A stretch of DNA of 64,000 nucleotides from Camelus dromedarius (Eukaryota), in assembly GCF_036321535.1 (NCBI RefSeq), contig NC_087437.1, positions 11,038,001 through 11,102,000 on the forward strand. Direction: 5' to 3'. Both the position numbers and the translations under genes were made by a program. Under the pieces are notes generated by a model. That model was not told the origin of the DNA. It did no database searches and saw only the letters and a program-made list of their open reading frames with translations. This document shows positions 26,088-37,146 of this stretch, piece by piece (position 1 is the first letter of the stretch; the number at the start of each line of letters is the position of its first letter).

Positions 26088-26236
26088 TTTTTTTTTTGGG
26101 TTTTTTTGTGGGTTTTTTTGCAGGGAGAGGTAATTAGGTTTACTTATTTATTTTATTGATGGAGGTACTGGAGACTGAACACAGGACCTCGTGCGTGCTA
26201 GGCATGCTCTCTACCACTGAGCTACACCCTCCCCTC
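26088..26236 (-). mobile_element. Vic-1-type SINE
   Basis: ggtaattaggttt...ggaggtactggagactgaacacaggacctcgtgcgtgctaggcatgctctctaccactgagctacaccctcccc. Confidence 0.85.
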
Positions 26237-27094
26237 TAACCCTGGTGTTGTTAACCACAGGTTATGCAATTCCTGACATACTGTCTAGCACATAGTAGAT
26301 GTTAAATATTTATTGATTGACATTCTGAACTGTACATAGTGTTTGCTGTTAATAAAAGTGAGTCAGTGTGTGAACTGCACAACCCTGTGGAGCACCATTC
26401 ATGCAATGACGCTCTAGATTTGCTCAGTTCTCTGCTTGCTTGCAGAAATGTGTCTTGAATCATGGTGCTTCCTCCTGTAGAGTGTGATGGGGTATGAACC
26501 AAAGTTACGGATTTGGTTTCTGTTACACACAGTCTGCTTTCAGTGATTGAGAGCTGGGCTGATGTGCCCCCCCCTTCTCCACTCTCACCTGCCAGTCTTT
26601 CCCCCTCTGCTTCCTGTTCTGTTTGAAACTAGCATCTTTTCCAGTTCCCCCGAGCATCCGTATCGTGAGCGCCGTGTACATCTTCCACATCACTGTCGTC
26701 TTACTAGTGTGTGGCAGTTAGAACAGGGGACAGGACAGTCCAGATGGCTCTCAAATCTATCTCCGGCCACCTTCACTGCCCTCTGGAGTCAGTGTTTCCA
26801 ACCAAACACTGGAACTTAAACACAAAATATGTCTAAAACCTAATTCTTCTTTCATGCAAATGCTATTTTTGTGTTCTGCTGTCTCTAACAGTTCTTGTAT
26901 TCTGCTCTCTTGTGTTCTTGTGCTCTCTCTTCAACAGTTTTGTATTATTTACCCAAGTTAACAGATACTGTCATCTTTATCCTGCATTCTGGTTGTACCA
27001 CTACCAATTCAGAGTGTCTTTTCTTTATTTTTTTAATTTTACTTATTTATCTTTTAAGCTTTAAAATTTCTTAAAACTTACTAATTTTTTAAAC

Positions 27095-27210
27095 TTTTTT
27101 TGTAGGGGGATAGGTAATTAGTTTTATCTAATTTTTTTTTTTAAATGTTTGAACCCAGGACCTCCTGCATGCTAAGCACGTGCTCTACCACTGAGCTGTA
27201 CCGTACCCCA
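27095..27210 (-). mobile_element. Vic-1-type SINE with internal deletion
   Basis: gaacccaggacctcctgcatgctaagcacgtgctctaccactgagct is present; the ggaggtactgggga segment is absent. Confidence 0.8.
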
Positions 27211-27515
27211 CCAGGCTATCTTTAAGTTTGATATTACTTTTCACCACTTGTAATTTCTTATGCTTAGGGCTCCTTTAATAAAGGTCTGTTAGATACAGAA
27301 CTGGAGTAAAAATAATTAGTGGTGGCGCCATGGCGTGTGTGTGGTTGGCGGTGGTCTCTCTGAGGTGCAGGCTGCTGTGTTAGTGCTCCCTCCACACACA
27401 CACGAAGGTTGGGACTTTGTATGAGCTAGATTCCTTTTTTTTCTTTCCTTCTTGCCTGTTTTATTCCATTTTATCTTGATCTTCTACTCCTGTTAGCCCC
27501 CAAAGCACCCATTCT

Positions 27516-27644
27516 TTTTTTTAAATTTTTTTTGGTGGGGGAGGTAGACAGGTTTTTATTTATTTTTATGGAGGTACTGGGGATCGAACCCAGGACCTTG
27601 TGCATGCTAGACATGCCCTCTACCACTGAGCTATACCCTCACCA
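27516..27644 (-). mobile_element. Vic-1-type SINE with perfect TSD
   Basis: 18-bp identical TSD CCCCAAAGCACCCATTCT at 27498-27515 and 27645-27662. Confidence 0.9.
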
Positions 27645-27662
27645 CCCCAAAGCACCCATTCT

Positions 27663-28830
27663 AATGTGTTTCAATGTATTATTGATACGTGTTCTTACGA
27701 CTTATTTAGTGTGTTTGTATTTTTAATGTACGTAAATGATGTTACCTCATTTTCTTTCCTACTTCTTCACTAAGCACAGTGTTTTAAGCTCTCACCCTGT
27801 TGCTATGCAAAGGTCTAAGTCATTGCTTTGGTCTGCTACCTAGTATCTGTGGGGTGTGTCCGTTCTGTCTGCAGAAGCCCCGGTTGCTTCTGGTGCTCCA
27901 TCACCGCTGGCAGAGCAGCAGCAAGCGTCCTGGTATGTGTCCTCGTGTGGACTTCTGTAAGAATTCAGTGGCTGGGGATCATAGGGTTTGCTTAGATTTA
28001 CTTAAAGTTGTCCCTCATGGCTCTCCCGAATGCTGCCCCCGTCTCCAGGCCTACTGCTAGCAGGGCACGGGCATTCTCATGTCCCCAAATCCCCTTGGCA
28101 TCTTCTGATTTTTTGATGTTTGCCCATCTACAAGTATAAGGTGGTATCTTGTAGTTTGATATATATTTTTCAGGTCATAATACTTGTAAGCCTCTTATCA
28201 TATACTTGTTAGATTTTTGTGTATCCTGTTCTGTGTGTTGCCTCATCATCATTTGTCCACTTTTCTATTAAAATTCTGTTTGGACACCTTAGTTATTAAA
28301 CCTTTGTTCTAGACTTTCCAATATCTTTCTCTCTGACCACTGTTAGCTTTATAATATAATGATATTAATTACCCCCATTATAAATTTAATTCAATCCTAG
28401 TCTAAATTCCAGTTGGATTTTTTTTTTTGAGGCAATTCTATAAATTTAAACTTACAAGTGGAGAATATATGCACAAACAACGAGGTCAGCCTTAGAAAAA
28501 GAAGAAGAAATTGTGGGGCTGGGAAGGGAGTCACTTTATCAGATAGGAAGACATGCCCAGTATTACACTGTTCTTACTGCCCTGGGCTTGTGGTAAGATA
28601 CACCAGTGACGCTGACATAGAGTGTTTAGAGACAGATGTGTATTTGTAGCATTTTAATGTACGATTATAGTGACACTGGAAAAACGTTAGTGGAAAGGAT
28701 GGATTATTTGATAGATGGTGTCAGGAAAACTGATTCACCACAGAGGGGACTAAAACTGGATTCCTACCTAATACTGCAGATGAAGAGAGAGCAAGGTGAA
28801 TTAGAGACCTACACTGGCAAGGTAAACTGT
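27663..28830. mobile_element. Degenerate L1 fragments (minus, then plus orientation)
   Basis: ggtatcttgtagttt and tttgtccacttttctatt on the minus part; aaaactggattcctacctaatac and gatggtgtcaggaaaactg on the plus part. Confidence 0.5.
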
Positions 28831-28959
28831 AAAGGTAAAGAAGAAAATGTGACCCGTAGGCTAGGAGGAGGGAGGCCCCCCTCCTACTCAGCTATGAAAT
28901 TAGGGGCCTTTGCATGACCGTCCCCCTTCCCTGAGCATCTGTACAGGAACAGTCCCCAT

Positions 28960-29468
28960 CAGTGTTTTCTGACTATGTTGTCTACATCAAAATTATTTGC
29001 AGTGGCTGTTAAAAATGAACATTCCTCTTTTCTCTACCTCTCCCTCCCCCACCGTTTCAGTGTGTGGAGTGGGGAGGGGTCTGCCTTTTTCTGAAGCCTC
29101 TAGAGCCAGGGGTGGCATGCTTTTTAAGTAAAGGTCCCAATGGTAAATATTTTAGGCTTTGCAGGCCATGTGATCACTATTAAAACTACTCAACTCTACT
29201 CTACTCACAGTACAAAAGCAGCCGTCGACAATGCAGAAGGGAATGCACATGGTAGTGTTTCAGTGAAACTTTATAGATACTGATAAAACGTTAGTGTCAG
29301 AAAATATTATTTAGAATTTTTTTCAATTATTTGAAGGTGGAAAATTCACCCTTCTTAGCTTGCACACGGAATAAAAATGGGCAGTGGGCCTGACTTGCCT
29401 GTGTGAGTCATAGTTTGTCCACCCTTCTCTTGAGTGATCCCGAGGCAGCTGGAGTTTGAAAACCAATG
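28960..29468. mobile_element. MER5-like hAT element split by the MER58 insertion
   Basis: cagtgttttctgac... on the left and gtgatcccgaggcagctggagtttgaaaaccaatg on the right. Confidence 0.55.
29106..29426. mobile_element. MER58-type hAT MITE
   Basis: ggtaaatattttaggctttgcaggcca...aactactcaactct...aaagcagccgtcgacaat...tagtttgtccaccc. 8-bp TSD CTCTAGAG (29098-29105) / CTCTTGAG (29427-29434). Confidence 0.8.
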
Positions 29469-31542
29469 CTCCAGGTTATCTGATAGAATGAACTGTTATT
29501 GTCTACATTGTTTTGAGAAATTTCGTGTTTCATAATAATAAGAACTTCCAATACCTATGAGGAAAAGTCGTTCTCGATGCTCAGGCAGAAGTGATTGAGT
29601 AAATGTTCTATGGTGTAAGGCAGTACTTGGTTTTTTAAATTGCTCCTTAAAAAGATTCAAGAATGAGTGATAGAAAGGGAAACTGGGGAGGTTAAACTGT
29701 ATTTACTATGTCCTGAAGTGTACCATTCAAGGTGAGAAATAGAAACAGCCTTTGTTATCTGCAGTAATGATAGTGAGGTGTCTAGCTATGGCTCTTTTTA
29801 AATTGATTTATCAGGGTGAATAAAATAAATGCTGCCCTGAAGTAGTCTAAGGGCAGGGACGAGGTGCACTGTATGGGGTCAAAATATTAATCAACTTGTT
29901 ATATACTTATTGAAACTTCCAAAAGAGGGCTTTCCTATGCAAACTTGCGTAATTTCCTCCTTAAGTTGGTGAAATGGTCCTTCTGATTGATGTTCCAAGA
30001 AGAATAAACTTCTCTTCCCTTTGGTTCATCAGTAGGGTGACCATATAGTTATCAGGATTCGTGGCAGGATGATCCTAGGCAGACTAAGGTGTGCAGTGTG
30101 ACGTTGTTCACCAGGCACATAGAACACTGTGGAAATACAGGATGGGGCAGCCCTTTAAACTCCTGGATCAAAATAAGATGTCCATTAATACCATGTTTCC
30201 ATAGAACATGGTGATGTCAGAATGAGCACTTTCAAAGAAAGTAAGGGTTGTGATAGATATTAGCAAGCAAGGTAACTGTAACTGAAATGAAATTTATTTT
30301 TACCCCCAATGTTGGAGACACTATGGCATTAATATTTTTTAAAATATATTTTATACATTTATGTATGTGTGTGGTTTTTTTATTTTAGTTTATGGGTAGA
30401 TATGATAGATAATTCAAACAGTAGAAAGAGCTATATAGAAAAAGTAAGTTTTCCCGTGTCCACCCCCCAAAGCACTTGCCAGCGTGCATCCTGTGCAGGT
30501 TACTTTAGGTATATTTAATCTGTAGGTAAACACACACACACCTCCCCTACCTCTGTTTTTATAAAGACAAATAGTACTATGTTACAGACACTGTTCCATT
30601 ACTTGCTTTTTTCACTTGAGACATCTTGGACTTTTCCCACTGTTTTTACAGCAAGCATTGGTGGTAGTATCCTGATTTATAAGTGAAGAAACTCAGAGTT
30701 TAAAACCTACTTAAAGGTAATATATATTAAGTATTTAGCTAAGCAGGTACTGAATAAATGTTAGGTCTTACCGTGTTCCCTTGCCCGAGTATGTCTTTAT
30801 CCTTAAGGAGCTTGAAGGAAGATAATCACAGCACTTCAGGAAAAACAGTAAGACAATTATTAAATGTCCAAATATGGGATATGATCAGTAACTGTCCTGG
30901 CAGGTCAGACATGGCAGAAGTCAAAGTGTAGTCATGGGACATTTTTAGATGAAGGTAGTGAGCCTGGGGAAGGATTTAAACAGAAGGCCAACAGGGAGGA
31001 CCTATACGAAGGGAAGAGAGAGGGTAGAATTAGCAAGAAAGTCCTGACTGGAGCCAGAGTGGGAGGTGGTGGTGGGGTGCCATCAGTGCCACGTGCCTTT
31101 TGTGGCTGGCTTCCTTCACTCAGCGCTGGGCTCTCCAGGTCCACCCATGCTGTGGCACGTACCACTTCTCAGTTCCTTCTGTGGCTGAATGATACTCCAC
31201 TGCTAGGATGTACCACATTTGGTTTATCCATTCATCATTTGATGGATATTTAGGTTATTTCTACTTTTGGCTATTATAAATGGTGTTGCTATGAGCATTC
31301 ACATGCAAGTTCTTGTGTGTACATGTTTGATTTCTCTTGGGTTTATGTCTAGGAGTGGAATTGGTGGGTCAGATGGTAACTCTACTTACCATTTTGGGTA
31401 ACTGCAAAACTATTTTTCAAAATGGCTGCGCTATTTTACATTCTCATCTAACCAATATTTGTTATTTTTGTCTGTGTTTTATTATAGTCAACCTAGTGGG
31501 TGAGAAGTGGTGTATCATTGTGGTTTTGGTTTGCATTTTTCT

Positions 31543-31630
31543 TTTTATTTTAATTGAAGTATTGTTGATCTGCAGTATTATATTTCAGGTGTACAGCATA
31601 GTGATTCAGTAATTGTACAGATTATTGATC
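31543..31630 (-). mobile_element. Tiny L1 3'-end insertion with TSD
   Basis: 11-bp TSD TGCATTTTTCT at 31532-31542 and 31631-31641. Confidence 0.7.
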
Positions 31631-32357
31631 TGCATTTTTCTAATAGCTAATGATGTTGGGCATCTTTTCATGTGCTTTTTGGGCATTTGTGTATCTTCTT
31701 TGGAGAAATGTATGTTTAGATCCTTTGCCTGTTTAAAATTTCATGTCTTTTTATGACAAATTTGAGTTCTTTGTATTCCAGATAAAAGTCTCTTACCAGA
31801 TGTATGATTTGGAGATACTTTCTCCCAATTCTGGTCTTTTTATTTTCTTGATGGTATCGCTTACAAAAGGGTGTGATTTTGATAAAGTGTCCAGTGAAGT
31901 ATTTTTTTTCTTTTACTGTGTGTGCTTTTGGAATTACATCTAGGAAACCGTTACCTAACCTGGAGTCACAGATACCTACTCCTATGTTTTCTTTTAAAAG
32001 TTTTACAGTTTTAGTTCTTAAATTCAGGCCACTGACCTGTTTTGAGTTCATTTTTGTGTGAGGTGTGAGGAAGGGATCCAGCTGAATTCTTTTGCATGCA
32101 GCTGTCCCATGGTCCCATGCCATTTGGTAAGAAGACTTCTTTCTCCATTGAGGAGCCTTGGAGCTCTTGGTGAAAGTCAGTTGACCATAAATGTAAGGGT
32201 TTGTTTCTGGACTTTCAAGTCTGTCCCATTGATCTATATGTCTATCCTTAGGGCAGTACCATACTGCCTTAATTTCTGTAGCTTTTTAGTAAGTTTTGAA
32301 CTTGAGAAGTGTGAGTATTCAGCCTTACTCTTTTTTCAAGATTATTTTGGCAATTCT

Positions 32358-32484
32358 GTTGTTTGTTTTGCGGGGGTAATTAGTTTTATTCATTTATTTT
32401 TTTAAGGTGGAGGGACTGGGGATTGAACCCAGGACCTCATGCTTGCTAAGCACGTGCTCTACCACTTGAGCTATACCCTCCCCC
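32358..32484 (-). mobile_element. Vic-1-type SINE nested in L1, perfect TSD
   Basis: 15-bp identical TSD TATTTTGGCAATTCT at 32343-32357 and 32485-32499. Confidence 0.9.
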
Positions 32485-32544
32485 TATTTTGGCAATTCTA
32501 GGTGCCTTGCATTTTCTTACAAATTTTAGGGTCATTGTCAATTT

Positions 32545-32807
32545 CTTTTTCTTTTTTTTTTAAAGTATGATCAGTTTACAATGTTGTGTCAATTTCTAGT
32601 GTACAGCACAATGCTTCAGTCATACATGAATATACATATTCATTTTCATATTCTTTTACACCAAAAGCTACTATGAGATATTGGATATAGTTCCCTGTGC
32701 TATACAATATAAACCTGTTTATCTGTTTTATATATGCCAGTCAGTATCTGCAGATCTCGACTCCCAATTTATCCCTTCCTACCCCTTTCCCCCCTGGTAA
32801 CCTTAAG
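32545..32807 (-). mobile_element. Younger L1 3' UTR insertion with TSD
   Basis: 19-bp TSD TTAGG(G/A)TCATTGTCAATTT at 32526-32544 and 32808-32826; homologous to 9250-9500. Confidence 0.85.
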
Positions 32808-35800
32808 TTAGGATCATTGTCAATTTATGTAAAAAACCCAGCTGGAATTTTTATAGGGATTGCATTGAATCTGCAGAAGAATTTGGGAAATGTTCATTTT
32901 AATTTCTGTCTTAATGTTAAATTTTGATCCATGAACATAGACATCTTTTCCATTTGTTTGTCTTGTTTAATTTTTTCAGTGATGTTTTGTAGTTTCCAGT
33001 ATACATATTTTGCACTTTTATTAAATTTATTCTTAAGTATTTTATTCTTTTTGATACTAAAAATGGAATTTTAAATTTTTGTATTCTCTGATTATTCATT
33101 AATAGTGTATATAGAAAGACAGTTGATTTTTTTTTTTTTTTGGTATGTTGATTCGGTACACTTGGTAACCTTGCTCAGCTCTTATATTAGTTCTCACAGT
33201 GTTTTAATTGATTCCTTAGGATTTTCTCTATATGAGATCATGTTACCTGCAAATAGAGATGGTTTTACTTCTTTTCCAATCTGAATGCTTCTTATTTTTT
33301 ATTTCTTTATTTTTTTTGTTGCCTGTTTGCCCTGGCTAGAATTTCCAGTACAGTAGAAGTCGCGACAGTGGACGTGTTTTTCTTGTGGGAAAAATATTCA
33401 GTCTCTCACCATGAAGTATGGCTAGCTGTGGGGTTTTCAGTGTCTTTTTAAGAGCCAGACTTTCTCATTTTGATGAAGTACAGTTTGTTAGTTTTTTCTT
33501 CTATGGTTCATCTTTTTGTTACCTAGGAATTCTTTCCCTACCCCAGGATTGTAGAGATTTCTCCTGTGCTTTCTCTAGAAGTTTCATAGTTTTAACTCTT
33601 AAATTTAGGTCTGTTCATTTCTGTTCATAATTTAGTTTTTAAGGTTAAGTGCATATAGGAGGGTCAGCAGGGAAGGGAGGTACTTGTTGCTGATTGCTTG
33701 TTTCTTGGTAATGAGTAAATTGATGAGAATCACTAAATACCTGCAAACCTGTAGCCCTGCTTTGTACAGCTTTTGCATTTGCTAGTCTGCCAGTGCACCT
33801 TTAAAAGCCCTGATGGTGTGTTTTGAGGAGCACTACTCATGACCACCTGTGATGATCACGTGTCATCTGTCCACCTGACATCCCCTTGGGGTACCAACAC
33901 CCCTCCGAGTAATCCTTCCTGTTCCATCGAGAGCCCCCCTTCCCTCAGTAATGGTGGGAGCATGAGTCAAGCCCCGCCCACCAGAGCTCTGCCTCCTCCT
34001 AGCAGCACTGATGGCTCCAGGCAGGGTGTTTGACCTCCTCTGAACTGATTGGAGCTGTGGCAGAAGTATTGGGGAGGGCTGTTTTAGAAGGTCATCCCTT
34101 CTCCTGGGGTAGCTGTTAGTTGGATGTGACCCTTTTCCAAGGCATCATTTGTGGAGAGCCTGTCTCAAAAGAAAGTCACCCAAAGTTGAGGTGAGATGCT
34201 GTTAATGATGCTGTTTGTCCACGTCTGCCCTTGCCCGATGCCCTCCCTGGGCCTTTGCAGTTGAGTGGGCCAGTGAATTCTTTTGGCTCAGGCTCATTTA
34301 AGTCAAGTATCTGTGCCTGTAACAAGTAAGATATTAATCTTCTCAAGTAAATGTCTAATATGTAGGAATTGCAAATGAGTTAGGATCTGTTTTATTACAA
34401 CATAGTAAAGGAATAGTAACTTCTGTATGTGCGCTGTGGGCAGAAGCAGCTCCTTGTGGTTTTTACAAAAGCTCGGAGATCCTGATAAATACCTAGGATT
34501 GTGACACTGCTTTTGTGGGAGTCCCATGGTTAAGTGAGAATTGACTGAGAAGTATATCTTCTTAAGTGTCTGCTTTTAATGAATATATGGATTAATTATT
34601 CATTTGACCAACTTCTTGATGGTATTTTATGAGAATTAAATGCATAATAGAGGCTTCACATTTACGAAGGCAGATTGTTCCCTGAACAAGTTAGGATTTT
34701 CAAGTGTCATTTTTATTACTTTAATTATTTTGTTGAGACTATAGCTTGAAGTTAAAATGAGGAATATTTTCCACCTTACAGACCTAAAATACCTACTCTG
34801 TGAATCTGTATCTAAACACAAAAAAGAGTTCATTGTGTGGTGGTGAAATTAAAGCAGGCTTAAAGCAGTCCTTGGGCTTGAAAAGGTAGCTCTCTAAAAC
34901 ATCTCTTTTCCTGTATTTGGTTAACGAAGGGTACGAACACGCACTTCCACCGTCTTACTAGTGTTTTTTATTTTCAATTTTATTAAATTAGTACATAGCT
35001 TAATTGATGTAAGTTAATTTTTATATTATTTGACTTCAGTGTGATACCCTCATTCATTATGTGGAATTTTACTACAATTTTGACCTGTGAAGTGAAAAGT
35101 AACTGGATTATTGGAAAGCCAAAACGTAGCTGTAGATTTTTGTGGCAGCTGTTATTGATACCCAAGTAAGCCGTCCTTATTTCTATGGAAGTTTTATTAC
35201 TTACTGCTTTTAAAATAATTGTGTGGGTTTGAATAGCGCTTTGGGGTCAGAGCCACCTTTCATATCGGCGCGTCCTTTCCTTCTCAAGGCTGAGCCCGGT
35301 GACGCGGTGTGAGGGTGTCATTAGCCCTGCTGTCCAGTTGAGGAAGCTGAGGGTTGTCCTGACTTTAAAGTGTACTGTGTGTTTAGTTGTATCATACTAT
35401 TAAGTGTACTTTTAAAACTTTTGAAAGCAGTGTAACCCTTTCTTAAAACAGATTTTATGGAAGTGAAGCATTGAAACCATTAAAGCTTTCTCTCCATTTG
35501 GAATATGGTTTGAGTCGTTGCTTTGCAGTAAATAGTATTTTTGTAGTGTGTTGCCAGGGCCCACTGACTGTAAAGACAGCAAGCTAACATTTCCTGCCAC
35601 GTTTGTGTCAGATTCTGACTTGCTTTCTCCCTTTCTCCTTCCCTTGATGCACACAGTAAAGCTCCCCCAGATCTCACGTGGATCCAGACGCTTCCCTGCA
35701 ATGCACCTCTCTCTATACCATGGCAAGGCGAGCTCCTGCTGGCTTTGTCCCTTTGCCTTGGTAGATCAGCAGGGAAGGGGCTTTAGAAAGGGGAACAGGG

Positions 35801-37102
35801 AGTTCAGAGGTCAAAGGAGAATCAGAAAAGCAGTGTCATGATTGGCAAGAAAGGTTTAAGAAGGCACGGTCAGTCAGTTCTTGACAAAAAGGCTGGTGAA
35901 GAAAGCGGGAGATGTCATTTAATTTTGAGACTGGAAGCTCATTGCTAGCCTCTAAGAGACATTTACTGCAGAAGAGTCAGGTAAAGCGGGGTAAATCTCG
36001 GCGGTGGCGATGTAGGTAGAGTTAGGGAGTTGGCACTAAAGGGCAGGAGGACCCTGGACTGGCAGCTTGAAGGGTGATAGAGGGGTGTGGGGGGGATATT
36101 TTAGGCTTTGTTGAGTTCTGTTTCTCTTTTTGCATGGGGAAGTTTGAACTTTTTGTAACCAAGTGTTAGATTCATTGATAAAGTAAGAAAGAGAAATTTG
36201 ATAGACCACGTTTATCTTGGAAAGAAGCGCGTATTCTGAAATGAAAGGGGAAAAGAAGGAGGAGTGAAGATACAAACGTCCCGGTGGAAGAACTAAAGTG
36301 AGAGGGAGCAGAGAGGTGGGGCTGAGTGAGGAGCCCTTAGGGACAAGGCGCTCAGTGCTTTAAGATGCTCTTCTCCAACGCTGTGCCTTTCGGTTGCCTG
36401 TCAGACTGCAGGTGTGTGCCAGCCAGGACAAAGTCACAGTCACTCTGTTTAGGACATTGCTGGGCTCAGAGGCCGCACATCCCCTGCACTTCGGAGGGGC
36501 TGTCTCTCATCCGTGTGCTGTCAGCCTGCTTGTGGTCTGGAAGCTCCACGTGCCCGTGGAAACTGCGTCCAGTGTGTTCCTCCGAGGAGCGAGTCTGAAC
36601 TATGGAGGTGCCTTGGCGGTGAGAGGGAGGCATGGCCCTGCCTGGGCCCTCTGGAGGGGCTGCGGCCTGAGGACCGCGGACAGGGGCTGGGCCAGAGGAG
36701 CCCCAGGCTGGGGCCAGTCCTCTCTCCCGTGGACACCGCTGTGGTGGGTACCACCCGGGGCTGTGAAGCTGTCACTAGGAGTCACCTGGCGACTCCAGCT
36801 CGTGGGGGCTTGATGCGGGCTGCTAATTTTATCTCATCTTGCAAGGATTTTGAAAACAAAACTGCAGAATAGGAGGAACTTGACATTAGAACGAAGGACA
36901 AACTTTTAGTTGAGTAAATTAAAATTTATGGAAAACATAGTACTTTATCCCTTTCCCTTTATTCTTTACCGTTTGGTGAAAGCTTTGTCTTGGACTTGCG
37001 GGTGAGAACCGCTGACTGAGCTCTAGTGCGGAGGCCGCTCGTTTTGGGAAACTTGTTCTAAATACTTGTCACAAGCGAGAGGGAAGGCGCTCTTGTGTTG
37101 AT

Positions 37103-37146
37103 TGTGCGTGAGTGTGTGTGTGTGTGTGCGTGTGTGTGTGTGTGTG
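37103..37146. repeat. Interrupted (TG)n microsatellite
   Basis: Direct reading. Confidence 0.9.

Larger units (their letters stand above)
31090..33620 (-). mobile_element. L1 ORF2/3' remnant hosting three later insertions
   Basis: Minus-strand translation CKRIQLDPFLTPHTKMNSK...LNLRTKTVKLLKENIG and IKYLRINL...KWKRCLCSWI, both ORF2-like. Confidence 0.85.
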
